From NCBI GenBank assembly GCA_010015585.1, contig ML975187.1: a stretch of 49,193 bases of DNA. The stretch is one strand, 5' to 3'. Positions 9,249 through 21,931 of this stretch are shown piece after piece. The position numbers were made by a program, and so were the translations under genes. The stretch comes from Eremomyces bilateralis CBS 781.70. Lineage: Eukaryota. A model generated the notes under the pieces. The model did not search any database and was not told where the DNA came from. It saw only the letters and a list, made by a program, of their open reading frames with translations. Each line of letters opens with the position of its first letter. Position 1 is the stretch's first letter.

Positions 9249-12200
9249 TCAAACCACCTTCTCACCCTCCTTCTTCTTCCCCACCGCGTCCGTCGTCGGC
9301 ACCACACAGTCCCCCTCTCCAACCCTCACCTCCACTGTCTGCCCCCCCTCCTTCGCATACTCCTCCAACTCCTGAATGACCATGGTCGTATTATCCGCCG
9401 GCGCGGGACTGTTGTTCGCGATGCGGGTGTGCTCTTCATGTTCGTGCTCGTACCCCGAATGATGATCGGCGTACTCGAACACCTCCGTCGCGCCTTCGTA
9501 GGATCCCTGCATCTCGTCGTCGAAGGTGGCGGCAGTGTCGCTGCTCGGGCTGCGCCCGCCGGCAACCATACTGTCATCGGACCCATCACCAGCCTCGTTC
9601 CCAGAGTCATCGATCTCATTCCCGAGCTTATCCGCCCGTGCGAAGCTCCACGTGCTCTGATAGGCAGGCGGGGCCGGCTCCACGGTGAACAACCCGTCGA
9701 CGAACCCATTGTCGTGGTGGTCGACATCAATCATCCTCTCGTCGTCGACTTCCGTCGCGGCTTCCGAGTCCAAGCCATCCCCGCGCGACCGGGCTCCCGC
9801 TCCGGCTGCGGTCGAGCCGGCCCGCGAGCCTCTCGACGAGCCAGCGAGGGACGAGCCGGCGCGAAGTTTCCCCTTTCCCGACAGCGGGTTGGGCGAATTG
9901 TCGCGGGTGTCGTCCTCCGCCTCATCCTCGTCCTCGGACTGAGGGTGGTGGAAGTCGTGGACGAGCTGCTGAAGGTAGGCGGGCCCGAGCGGGGCGGATG
10001 AGCGGCGGCGGTAGAAAAGGAGGTAGGCGGAGGAGGTGACGATTTGGTTCTCAGAGATGGTGGAGACGCTGGAGTCGTTGTAGTTGTACCAGACGTTGTT
10101 GATGAAGTTCTTAGCGAACGCGGTGTAGTGCCCGCCGCCCATGTGGCCCATGTGGTTGTCCACGCCGAAGAGATCGTACGTATAGTCCTTCCCCTCGTCT
10201 TTCAACTCCACGAAATCGTTCAGGTCGAGCCCGTCGATCGGGAAGTCGACCAGCACGCCGAGTTTGTTGCGCAGGTCGCGGTTGGAGCTAAAGCGCTTGA
10301 GGTGCACCACCAGGATGTCCGGCAGCGTCCACACGTTGAGCGTCTTTGCAGCCCGCACGTTGTCTTTGCAGCATCCGCAATACCAGACGTTCTCCTCGGA
10401 AAGAATCTCCGTCTTCGACGAGTCCGCGAAGCAATCCTGCAACGTGATGCCCTTGCGCGCCCGACGCGTCCGACGGGCCTTCTTCTCCTCATATTCCGGA
10501 TCCTCGATCACCGGCGCCGCGTCGAAGCTGTCCATGCCGCGCCCCTCCGCGTCGTTCTCGCGCTTCGCGCCGAAGTACACGTCGAAACACTTCTTGGACC
10601 ACTCGCACACCAGGAAGTCGCCATTGTTGACAATCAGCCCGCCGCCATCGCTGTCTTCCAGCTCATACTCCTGCGTCGCGAAGCTGTTCGCTGTCTGCGC
10701 CGCTTTGCCTTTGCGTGCTTGTTTTCCGTGCTTGTTTTTGAACTTCTTGTTTTGTGCGTGGCGGTGCGCGCCTTTCGCTTTATGCGACAAGAGCTTCGGT
10801 GCGAGCGGTGGGAGCTCATCCTCATCCTCGCTCTCCGGCGTGGCGACGGGTTGAGTGGACTGGCCCGACAACTCGTCATCTGAGCTGTTGGCAGATTGCG
10901 CATCAGACGGGGGATCTGAGTGCTTCGGAGCGTTACGTTTCGCGACCATTTCGGCGCGCTTGTCAAGACTGATGGCGCCTCTGGTGTCGTTGGGGGCGTT
11001 GGTGCCGATGGGCAGGGCGGCGTCGCCACCGACTCTTTGGATGAGCACTTCGAAGACATTCTGAAGCTCGGGCGGGATCATCTCGCCGGGCTTGAGGAAT
11101 GCCGGCTCGCTATCTAGTGGCACATTCTCCGTGTCAGGAGTGTCGGGCTGTTTGGAAGAGTCACCTGTTTCAGGAGAGTTCGACACTTCGAGGAGATCTT
11201 CCCCTTCGACCGAGCTGGTCTTGATGGAGGGATCGAGGTTTGACGATGCGTCTTCCTCGGTCGTGATGACGGGATCATCGCTGCCGGGAGAAGTGGAGTC
11301 AGAAGTAATTTCCTCGTCCCACATCGACAGCGTGGTCATTTGATGTGCCTTCACGAGACACTTCTTGTAGATGAGGTCTCGATCTTGCGCCTCCTCGGGG
11401 GTCAGTGTCATCAGCGTAGGCCAAAGCACACATCCACCCGTATTGCTGTGGTATGATGAAGAGCTCGCGCCCTTCACTTTGTGCCAAACATTGACCAACA
11501 TGTGCTCCTGCACCTCCGTCGGGCCATCAACACCCAGCAGTGACCGCACTTTCTTCGGTCCCTTCTCGGGCAACGCGGAGAAGTTCGACGGCACGTGTTC
11601 GACCTCGTAGGCGAAGAGCACGTCGGCTGGCTGGAGGCCGCATTCGGCGATGGCGGCGTTGTCCAGCAGGTGATTGTACAGCTTGCCATGGAACACGTCA
11701 AAGATGAAGAGACGTCGCCAATCGTCGCAGCCGACTTGATTGCAGATGTAGATTTTGAGCTGCTTGATGGAGGAGTTTCTGTCGATGTCGACAAGCAGCT
11801 TGAGGACGGGTCCGGAGACCGGAACGAAACGGATTTCGTGCTGGAAGGGTTGCTCGATGGGGAGTTGGAGGGAGATGAGTGAGTATGGGTCAAATGTGAT
11901 GCTCGTCTTCTCGCAGTCCGGGCAAAGCATAGTGTTCTTGTAGTACCCGTTGAACAGATCCATGATGACCGAATCGTTTCTCGCCGCATAATTGGAGCGA
12001 ATCTGATTGCCAAGATGGATGACAGCCTGCGGATCATGCACCGTGTTGTCGTCCGACTCCGGATTCTCAATGTACGGTTTCTTGAGAATGCGATTGAGAT
12101 CCTCATGCAACGCGTCCACGAGGAAGCTCAGCAGTTCCTGCGAATCATGCTGCTGGTAGCCAGAGAACTGCGGCGCACATTTGCTGGTCACCCTCTTGAA

Positions 12201-14017
12201 ATTGCTGGGCGTCACCGGGACATCCGATTCGAACAACTGCTTGAGAAGCTCGGCGTACGACTTCGCCATCTGGCCGCTGTGCCCGATCGGATTGTCGGGG
12301 TTCAACTCCTTGCGATACTCGTTTCGGAGGAAGTAGATGCTCAGCTCCGGGATGCTCTTGAGACATTGCAACGCCGAGTTCATGAAGCAGGTGTTTCCCA
12401 GATTCGACAAGCCGACCGTGCCGGGGATCTTGCGCCTCTGCAACCTCTTCGACTTCGGACGGCCTCGTGCTGTATGTTGAGGGACGGGGCTATTCCTGCG
12501 GCTGCCCGTCTCCGACTGCGCCTGGCTCTTGGTTCCAGCCCCCCGGGGCTGCTTGGCGGACTCCGATTGGAACCGCTCCACTTTCCCAGTGGTGGTTTGC
12601 TCGAAGATCAAGACTTGACTGGCTTGCAGACCGATAGTGGCGAGCTCCAGATGACCGTTGTAATTCTTGTTCATGGATTCGTCCTTAACATCGACCAACT
12701 CCCGCTGCGTGCCTTCCGCCATATCATTGAAGGTTTTCAGATCGATGAGCATGGTTTCAGGTGAGTTTGATGATGACTCGGGTGCGGGCAGGCTTGGCCC
12801 TTCAACCGACACGCCCATTTCGGCGTCGGTGACGCCTGGCAAGGTCTCAATTCGTCGCCACACGCGAACTTTGTGCTCAAAAACAATATCAAGCGCTCGC
12901 TTCGCAAGCATGAGAAAAGTGATAAACAACATGCTTCGGCTCGCAAGGATTTTGGGTGCAGGCTTGGCATCATCGCCGTCGCCGATTTTGGTGAGGGTGA
13001 AGACCGGTGGGTAGGTCTCGTACATGAGATTATGCACCTCCGCCTCAGGGGCGGCGTCGTGCACATAGCGAGTGAGGATGTGTTCCGTGCTCTTAACTTT
13101 GTACCACGCCATGATCTTGTTGAATGCTTCTTCCGGGAGGACCTCGAAGTCCGTGCCCATTCGCAGATCCGGACGGATCGGGATGAACGGCTGCCCTTTT
13201 TCATCGATGAGATTGGAGTCCCATGCTGTAGAATAAGTTAGCACAGCACGACATATTGCAAGGGAAAACACGAACCTCCTTCGGGAAGCAGAGTGGAATT
13301 GTCCACGGGTCCAATCTCCCCATCCACGGCAGCCTTGCCAAATTCTCCCGCCTTCGCATCTGAGGTGCGCGAAAGCACTCGCTGAAGCCACGGCTTCGCA
13401 ACCAGGTACCCCACCTGTCCATCCTTCAGCTCTTTCCCAATCAACCCCATCACAATGCTTCGCTGCTCATCAATCGATGGCGGCGTCGCCGTTCCTGAAG
13501 ATCGTTCATCGCTGGTCTGCTGCACCGACGTGTCCGGCGACGACGCCTCCTGGGTGGTCGCACCACTGGAGTCCGGCAGCGACTGCATCGTGGCATCCGA
13601 CCCCTCGGTTTGCGAGCGAGCGGATCGCCGGTCTTCTCCACCGCGAAGGTTCGGTCGGCTGATTTTCTCCCGCTCGAACTCCATCTCCTCCTGCGGCACC
13701 GCATCGTTCTCGTCCTCCATATCGGATGCGGGACGCTTAGTGGGGGACGAGGAGCGAGGGGCACGGGGGACGGAAGGCTTTCTGGGGTCGTGCTCGGTGG
13801 GCGGGGAGGACGAGAACTCGGTGCCGTTGGTGTCGGCGGGGGGGGAGTCATGGTTGTTCTCGGAGGGTGAGGAGGACATCTCGCCTTGGGAATCGAGGGT
13901 CAAGTTCGCGTAGAGGGAGGAGGGGGAGCTGGCGTTGGTGGGTTGATCGGACGGGGCGGCGGATTGACGAGCCGCCGCGGCGTTCTCGATGGCGGCGTCC
14001 AACACCTCGTCCTGCAT
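9249..14017 (-). CDS. UBP12: Ubiquitin carboxyl-terminal hydrolase, Ubp12/USP4/11/15 family (DUSP, UBL, split USP domain)
   Basis: Cys box GLSNLGNTCFMNSALQC, QHDSQE, His box HMGHMGGGHYTA..YNDS..AYLLFY; DUSP-like GYLVAKPWL..GPVDNSTLL. Intron 13226-13275 (GTTCGT..GCTAAC..CAG). The true start may lie upstream (see findings). Confidence 0.93.
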
Positions 14018-15753
14018 GTGGGGTGGTAGCGACGGGGCGGACGGAGTTGCAGAGGATCTTCGGGCGCGGGACGCGGACGTAGAAGTAGCAGTCGGGGGCT
14101 TGGAGGCGGAACGAGGTGACGAACGCCGGGGCGCCGCTTTGGCTCGTTCGGCCTCGCTGGTTTGGTGCGTGTCTGAGACGACCTTGTCCGAGAGAGACAG
14201 AGGAGGTCCTTTATCGTGTAAAGGGCGTTGTTCGGGCGGGGGTTGGGAGAGTTTGCGTTTCTTTGCCGGAGCCGTCGTGACTGCGGTTGTCGGTATCTAC
14301 CTCTGGAGCCCGTGGATCGGGAGCCCCAAGGGTAGAAAAAAAAAACTCGGGATTCGGAAGAACAGGGAGATGAGGACGCGTGGGGAATGAACGACCACCA
14401 CACGACTTTTTTCTTTTTCTCTCCGAAAGGAAAGACGGAAGGGGGAATTAAAGGGTGGTGCGTTGACCAGACACACCTGCACACCAAAGTCCCGTGAGGA
14501 GGATTATGATGGAGGTTGAGGGTGACGGTTGCACGGGGGGTGGTGGAGGTAGAGGAGGTGGACGAGGTGGTGGTGGTAGACGGGTGAATGATTTCGGGGG
14601 TGTGGGATGATGACGGGGAGGGTACGGAAATAGCGTGTGTACGGTACCGCGGAAGGTGCAATGGGTGATGGCCAATGGGGGGAAGCTTGACTGCAGTTGA
14701 CAGGGAAGTGGCTGTGAAAGTGGCTGTATAGGGACTACGGCAATTTCCGTTGGTGAGTGGAAAGTGCAGTGACGAAATGGATTTTAGACTCTCTGAAGAC
14801 AGAACCTCCGAAAATAGAAAGAAACTGCCAAACTGGGGAGCTACCAGAGCCGCCAGAAGCTGGAGAATTGAGAATTGAAAGGCGAGGGGTGAGTGCTTGG
14901 TTGGGTTGGAAATATTGAATTGAGGGAACTCGCTGAAATTCGATGAACCAGGGGGTTGCTGCGTAGCCAATGCTTGCAATAATGCTTGCTGACGAGAGCA
15001 GTCAATGTTTGCGAACCGCAAAAGAATTGAAAAAAGTTGCATGCAAAATGTAAGGAATGCCGAGAATCGAATCGAATTGGGAAAAGCAAGAGTGCGAATG
15101 CGAAAAAGAAAAGTGGATGAGTGAGAAAGAGATGGGAAGTGGGAAAGATGAAGTGTGTGTGGACTTCGGGTCGAATGCGAGGTGGATTTCGCATTCAGTT
15201 AGGATAGGTTATAATAGGGATTATATTCACTCAATAAGGACGTCAATAAGGTGAAGTGGTTCTCAACAGAGGGTGGAAACTGGTCAATAGCATCGTGAGT
15301 GGCTTCTATTGAAGTGATTCCCTCCACGATCAGGTAGACCACGCTCACTATATTCACTCTCGTCTGGATCGGGTGACACCTGAACTGATAATCGAAGAGA
15401 CTAAGCTTACGCGCCTGATAGGAATTCAGATTGGCGAAGGGTAAGTGGTTACCTTGCATCCACTCGGGAAATCCATCTCGTTGCACTCAACGGCCAATTC
15501 GGTCCATGGTTCATGATGATCCCTTGCTTGGATTTGATTTTTTGACGCTCTTTCTCGCGTCGCCTATTCGAACCGATCATACCGGCTATCCATAATGTAT
15601 ATAGTGTGTGCAATGAAGGCTTTACATGCGTCCTTGCTCAACGTATCCCCGTCATCGCGTGTACCAGAGGCGTCCAAGACCTCTGGATGTCCATCCATCC
15701 ATCCATCCGACCAATGCATAAAAGCTTGACACGCACAGACATCTCTAATCCAC

Positions 15754-17665
15754 CTACTTCCCCCCCGAATTCAACCACGCAAACGCACTCCCGGGCACCT
15801 TACTCCCCTTCTCCCTCCCTCGATTCTCCTTCTCCTTTCCCCCCTCTCTCACCACCGCACCCTTCCCCCCCTCCTCCTCCCCCTCCTCACTACTCCCCCT
15901 CCTCTTCCCCTCCTCAAAAAAACGACTCTGCCCTCCCACCGCCGCCCCACTGACCGAAAACCCCCGCGACGTCGCCCGCACGGGTTTGAGGACCTTGATG
16001 CCGTGGTCGCGTGCGCGCGGCGTCGCGGACGCGCCGCTGAGGGACTTGGTCGCGGTGGACCAGTCCATTTGGGTGCGGGTGCTGGTGGAGGCGGGCGGGG
16101 TGGATGCGGAGGCGGAGGGAGGCGCGGAGGTGGTGGCGGAGGCGTCGTCGCGGCGCCAGCTGGTAGTGGTCCAGGCGGAGGCGGAGGTGGAAGTGGCGCT
16201 GGGGGGGCGGAGGGACGCGGAGGAGGGGGCGGGGGTGTAGGTGGTGCTGGTGGGGGGGCGGTCTTTGGAGGGGGATTGGGTGGTGAGGGTGGTGAGTTTG
16301 GGGCGGTGGGCGAGGCCGGGGATGTCGGTGGCGGGTTGGGGGAGGTCGGGGTTGTGGGCGGATGCGGTTGAGGGGGCGGGAGGAGAGCCGGTGGGTTCGG
16401 TGGTGGAGAGAGGCGTGCCGGTGCGGTCGGGGCGGGTGCGCCAATTGGTTTCGAGATCGGTGGTGGGGGGTTCGTCGGGGAGGACCTCCTTTCGAATCCG
16501 ATGGCCGATGCCGCTGCTGGTGAAGAGGGACTTGAAAGTTCGGTCATCTTCAGGACGGACGAGCGGAACAGACAGTTTCGTGCGGTCGTCGTCGAACAGA
16601 ATAAGCGTGTTGGTGGAGAAAAGCACGTCCGCGTTGTGAGCGCGGAGGATATCACTCCCCAAGAAGATCTGAATGGCCTTCGGATTTTCGTTGGCGCCTG
16701 CGATGTCAACTACGGTAAACTCCACGGTGAGAGAGGGTAGCTGCGGGACCGGGCTACTGGACCGAGAGGATGCTGGGTGGGTGATCGCCTCGGGAAGATA
16801 GACCGCGAGCTTCAATTTCTGGTTCCCCTCGTCATCGGCCGTGATCTGAGAGCGAAACTGCAGCCGATCAATGATGCGGACGTCAAGAAACGAAGTGTAT
16901 GATCCTGTACAGATCGCCGCATAAAGCAGAGAGTCGTGCTTGAAGTTCGTGTTCAACCAACAGCGAATGATTGACGGCACGGATCCTAGGATGAACAGTC
17001 CAGGTGAGAGTCCCGGAGTCTCAACCGGAGACGGGTTCGACAAACCGAACGCGGAGGTTTCCAACCCCATGCTGTTGGCTCTTCCGGATGCGAGGGAGTG
17101 CACGGAGTGACCCGCAGAGCTTTGCCGTCCATCAGACTTGTGAGAGTACGTCCGCTCGATCATCGGATGAGTGCCCATTCCACTTCCGGTCCGAGAGATG
17201 AGGTCGAGGGATGATCTCTGCGTGTGTGACCAATGGCCCTGATTCGCCGACTCGTCGAACCGCACGCTATTTGCCCGCGAAGTCGTACCCAATCGGCGGG
17301 GTTCATCGTCCGCATCGAGATGGAGGCTGCCAATGAGGTTGGCTTCTTGGTCGTCGAAGTCGGTGAACACGTCGACATGAGGTTGCTGGACGGGAACTAT
17401 CTCCATTGTCAGTTTGGACGATATCAATGGCCAGTTGTGTATTGCATTGCGCACCTTGCTGCGGAGTCCCACCGAGCACGCTCGGGAACGCAGATGAGGA
17501 CCCCCACAACGACTTCAACCGTGCCTCATCCTCCCGCTGTCTCTCCAATCGCGCCAAACGCTCCGAGTGCTCCACCTGCGTCTGTCGAACTTGATGCATA
17601 TCCGTCTGGAAGCGCCACGCATCCTCACGAGGGGTAAACGCCACGCTCTGCGGATCCATGGCCAT
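15754..17665 (-). CDS. Conserved Pezizomycotina protein with N-terminal coiled coil, retropepsin (Ddi1-like aspartyl protease)-type domain and low-complexity S/T/P tail
   Basis: ORFs 17303-17665 and 15754-17472 join via intron 17397-17454 (GTGCGC..ACTGAC..TAG). Motifs LYAAICTGSYTSFLD and IQIFLGSDILRAHNADVLF match retropepsin-fold signatures. Confidence 0.8.
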
Positions 17666-18788
17666 GGACGCTATACTCGTTGGGGAGTCGTGTCACGGTC
17701 GGCGGTGAATTAGTAGTCCGGCCGGGCGAGTGAGAGAACGGACGAGAGAGTGGAAAAGGAACGCAGTGGCGGTAGAATCAACAATCGCATGCCCCAACCC
17801 TACACCTCCAACACCGAATTCGCAACGCCGTCCCGACCGTTCTCTACTCCTCCACCCACGGATTGTCGGGGTTGTTTGTATTTATAGCCTTCGCAGAATC
17901 TCGCCGTATTGGAGTCTAGGGGATTCAGGAGGATAGGAGTGAAAGAGGGGAGACGTGGTGGGATTGGTTGAGGAGGGGAACCAGGCAACGGCGGCGATTT
18001 GTCGGGGATGTTTTCAAGTGGCGGCCACACTGGAGTTCATTAGCTATGGACCGGTGATAGGCAATGGGAAAATCAAATTCACATGGAAGGGCAATTAATA
18101 GCAGGCAATGTCCTACCTCAAATTCAGATTGTTCGACGATGGAGGCGCGAGGTCACAGGCAACGATTGGGATAGGTATGTAGGGATGGAAGGGGGGCAAT
18201 CACAGTGTCGGTCTGGGTGTTTTTCCAAGAGCGTCGTGTACTTGGAGAGGATGGAGGCTTTGAGAAAATGGTATATAGCGAGCTGAAGAGGACCGTAGCA
18301 GATGTAGTGTCGATGAATCAGGTACGGAAGTTGAGAGGATGTTGTTGGATCAATGTGGTGGCTTCCTGTAACCTGAACATCTCGCATCCCTGTCCTCGCC
18401 ATGATACAGCCTACGGGTAACAGGAGCGCCGTTTTTAGCGGCGAGGGATCTCCGATCACATTTCAATGCTAGATTTCATTATCATCGTCTTCATTTCTAG
18501 TATTTACACGCTATGACATCCATGTACAGGTACGGTATACATCATGTCGAGTTTAGTGCAATCCCTTCCGTGGATATTTGGATCTTGAATGCTCCCTATC
18601 AAATTCCCATTCGTCTCATCAAGGCTCACCCTCAACTCCTGCTTCTCGACATCGCCATCATCAACCATCGCTGAGATACGCCAAACGCCCCAGAGCTAAC
18701 GGATTCCCGTTTATCCACTGGAATCAATTTCGCTCCTCCGCTTGGAAAATGCTGCAACACCATCGCCCCCGATAAAGGACCCATCATC

Positions 18789-19106
18789 TCAATTCCCCTC
18801 CCCCTTCGTCTGCTCCTCCTCCTCCGCCGCCTCCGCCGCCCTCAACTTCTCCATCCGCTGCTTATTCCGCTTTCCCAACACCCGCACCGTGTTCTGCCGT
18901 TCCACTTCTGTCATCTGCTCCCAATTCGCGACGCGATTCAAGCTCCCATCTTGGTTGACCACGAGCGGTCCCAGATGGTCGAGTTTTACGGTTGATCCGC
19001 CGCCGCTGGCATCTAGCGTCGTGGAATTGGAGGAGCGAACGTCCTCTGGAGAGGGAAGGGGAAGAGGGGTTTGTGTCTTTGTTTGGGGATCTTGAGGTTG
19101 GGGCAT
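18789..19106 (-). CDS. Small conserved fungal hypothetical protein (about 105 aa)
   Basis: Motif VKLDHLGPLVVNQDGSLNRVANWEQMTEVERQNTVRVLGKRN recognised as a widespread fungal hypothetical family; ATG 19106 preferred over the upstream ATG. Confidence 0.75.
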   Translation of the reverse strand: MPQPQDPQTKTQTPLPLPSPEDVRSSNSTTLDASGGGSTVKLDHLGPLVVNQDGSLNRVANWEQMTEVERQNTVRVLGKRNKQRMEKLRAAEAAEEEEQTKGEGN

Positions 19107-20096
19107 CGTGGGCTTGGGCGTTTTCCCGGTGTGGTTGCATTTAATGTGTGGAAAAACGGATTGCCCAGACGTCGATGTTCGGCGGCTTAACAGGATCGGG
19201 GATGAGACACGGAGTCGGCAGAATCTCTGGAATTTCTTTGAAAATGCGTGATTGAGACTCATTGCGAAACTTCGAGATATCTTTTTGAAGGCTACTTGCG
19301 GTTGCTGATGGTACTTACAGGCCCAATACTTACCACTGCACCTCTGTCCTCTGCTGGTGTCGACAAAGGTTCTAGAAGGTTCCAGTTTTTGCTGCGATAA
19401 AACCCTCCACATCAACTTGTCGGACTCCATGCTCCTTCATCTTCTTTGCAATGCATGATACAGAGTCGAACATTTTCAATTGGCGAAATACGACGCGAGT
19501 TCATGAATCTGAAGGCTTTCCAATGCCCGAAGTCAATCGATTGCAGGACGAGATGTTCCAAACCCTCATGTGGTTAGCTGGAGGGATCCTTGACTTTAAG
19601 TCTTTAACATCCAGATATAACTACAAGGACCTGTACGATCTAACCCTCTTCGAATCCTTTCTCCGCCCGACTGCATATTACCTCGCTCTCGCATCTGCAC
19701 CGAAAACGCATTTACGGACCTCACCCCATGATCGCTGCTTTGCTGGACCTTGCGGTAATCTGAATTTCGTGATGACCTTCATTCTTAAATCAACGCCAAG
19801 TGACCACTTGCTCGACCGGCTTGATTCGCGCTTTACTTTTGATTGCGTGCAAATAGCTAGTCCTTCTTCAAGCTTAGTTTTGTCGTTTTCTCAATTTCGG
19901 TGCCTCTAAGTCGTCGCGAGTTACGCCTGCATCAAGACATAGCCGGTCGGCAATTCCAGAAGCTGGGGAAATACGACCTCCGCATCAATCATACCTAGAT
20001 CATCCTCCGAATTACTAAAATCATCTACGTACACGGCTATACCAAGACACGGAATCTAATTCGGACAAGGGTAAGATTGGGTTGATATAATCGACG

Positions 20097-21356
20097 ATGG
20101 CGCCGTCTAGAAACCCGAAAGAAACGAATCCACCCACTGACCCCAAGAACTCAACCGACATGTCTCTCGCCGCCGGTCTCCAGGGCTTCACTCAAGCCGG
20201 CCTTGCGGGCTTCAATTCCGTACTACATCAGATGGTGGACAACGGCAAGCTGGCAAATGTGGTCTCTCTCGTCTCTCACCATGGCCAAATCGTGAACCGT
20301 GACGCCTATGGCGTGCTAGACATCTCCGCCGTGCCAACGGTCCCCGCACAAACGGACAGCATCTTCCGCATTGCCTCCATGACCAAACCGATCACCGGAG
20401 CGGCCATGATGATCCTTTGGGAAGAAGGAAAATGGAAGCTCGACGACCCCGTCGCGAAGCACATCCCTGAATTCAAGGACCTCCAGGTCATGACCACCGG
20501 TACTCCCAGCACCGTCGCCCAAGGAACGCCCATGACCATGGACCAATTAATGAGCCATACCGCCGGCTTCGGCCGCTCCGGCGAGTACACCAACGCCAAC
20601 ATCACCCTCCGCGACGGCGACCTCCAAGCCATGATCGACGTCCTCGCCCAACACCCCCTCTACTACCAACCCGGCAAAGAATGGCGCTACGGCCCCAGCG
20701 TCGACATCCAAGGCTATCTCGTCGAAAAGCTCTCCCACCAATCACTCGACGTCTTCTTCCGCGAACGCCTCTTCACCCCTCTCCGAATGCCCGACACCGG
20801 CTTCTGGGTGCCCCCCGCCGACGCCGCCCGCGTGTCCCGCATCCACACCTACGACGCCAACCGCACGCTCATCCCCGCCGGCGCCCGCAACACGGTCGTC
20901 ACGAGCAAGCCGACGTTCCTCGCGGGTGGCGGTGGCCTCATGAGCACGGTCACGGACTACTGGCGGTTCGCGCAGATGATCTTGAACGGGGGGGAGCTGG
21001 ATGGGGTGCGGATCCTGCAGCCTGAGACAGTGAAGCTGATGCATACGGACGTGCTAGAGCCGGGGGTCGAGGTGACGCTGTATTCGCCGGACACCAAAGG
21101 CCTAGGGTTCGGGCTGGACTTTGCGATTCTGGAGGATCCAGGGTTGGCGAAGACGAATCAGGGGGTGGGGAGCTTTTATTGGGGGGGCGCGTTCGGGACG
21201 TGGTTCTGGATCGATCCGGTTAATGAGTTAATTGTGATTGGGTTTATTCAGAATCTGGATGGGACAACGCCGGATGGGGCGCCGGATGTGAGGGAGGCGT
21301 CGGCGAAGGCGATCTATGCGGCGTTGGAGGGCAACAAGACGACATCCCGGCTTTGA
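20097..21356 (+). CDS. Beta-lactamase/class C-like serine hydrolase (esterase family VIII fold)
   Basis: SxxK motif (IASMTKP), LMSHTAG, catalytic Tyr region PGKEWRYG, GGGLMST, YWGGAFGTWFWIDP; intronless. Confidence 0.92.
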   Translation: MAPSRNPKETNPPTDPKNSTDMSLAAGLQGFTQAGLAGFNSVLHQMVDNGKLANVVSLVSHHGQIVNRDAYGVLDISAVPTVPAQTDSIFRIASMTKPITGAAMMILWEEGKWKLDDPVAKHIPEFKDLQVMTTGTPSTVAQGTPMTMDQLMSHTAGFGRSGEYTNANITLRDGDLQAMIDVLAQHPLYYQPGKEWRYGPSVDIQGYLVEKLSHQSLDVFFRERLFTPLRMPDTGFWVPPADAARVSRIHTYDANRTLIPAGARNTVVTSKPTFLAGGGGLMSTVTDYWRFAQMILNGGELDGVRILQPETVKLMHTDVLEPGVEVTLYSPDTKGLGFGLDFAILEDPGLAKTNQGVGSFYWGGAFGTWFWIDPVNELIVIGFIQNLDGTTPDGAPDVREASAKAIYAALEGNKTTSRL

Positions 21357-21931
21357 GAGAAAGAGGTTGGTCAGTGAATAATAGTAGTATTCAGCGATTT
21401 TGTCAGGTCCAATGGAGACCACATAAGCCTTCAAGTAGGCATCTACGCGAAAATGAGTTCTTCAATCCGAATATAATGGTTAAGGTATATATCTGCTTCG
21501 TAGTTGACTTGTGTATCGGCACCTTTTAACTCGGTCCTGGGAGCAGTGTCAACTTTCAGGTAACACATTTTATTAACTAAATATTGGCCTGTAATACGAT
21601 TACCCCAGCGCCGTTGAAGTGCTACGTTACGCATTTGAGGCACGTTTCGCTCGCGTGGTGAATGTGGCCCAGTGGATTTTTCGACGTTAATGATGTGTCG
21701 TCATCATCATGATCGACCATCAACCAGTGGACCTTCACCAGTGGACCTTCACCTGGCTCATGCGCCAGCAACGAATCTCGGCATGTTGCCCAAACTTGAC
21801 ACTTCCGCAACCGCCGCTAATATAGAATCTTCCTTCATGATATAATGTACGATCCTTTTGTGATCCCATCGCAATCATTGGACGCCATTTTTTGTCGCTC
21901 GTAGAGCAATTGCTCGTGCAAGCTCACCGCA

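Noticed and set aside
10044..12764. Long plus-strand ORFs antisense to UBP12
   Set aside because: Typical antisense shadows of GC3-rich coding sequence.
13900..15042. 380-aa minus-strand ORF upstream of UBP12
   Set aside because: Low-complexity, out of frame with UBP12 and has no recognisable motifs; probably the C-rich 5' leader. A uORF role is not excluded.
15849..16709. Pro-rich and Gly-rich overlapping ORFs
   Set aside because: Alternative-frame shadows of the skewed 3' end of the 15754-17665 gene.
19451..19909. 152-aa plus-strand ORF
   Set aside because: No recognisable motifs or supporting splice structure; could be a relic but cannot be supported.
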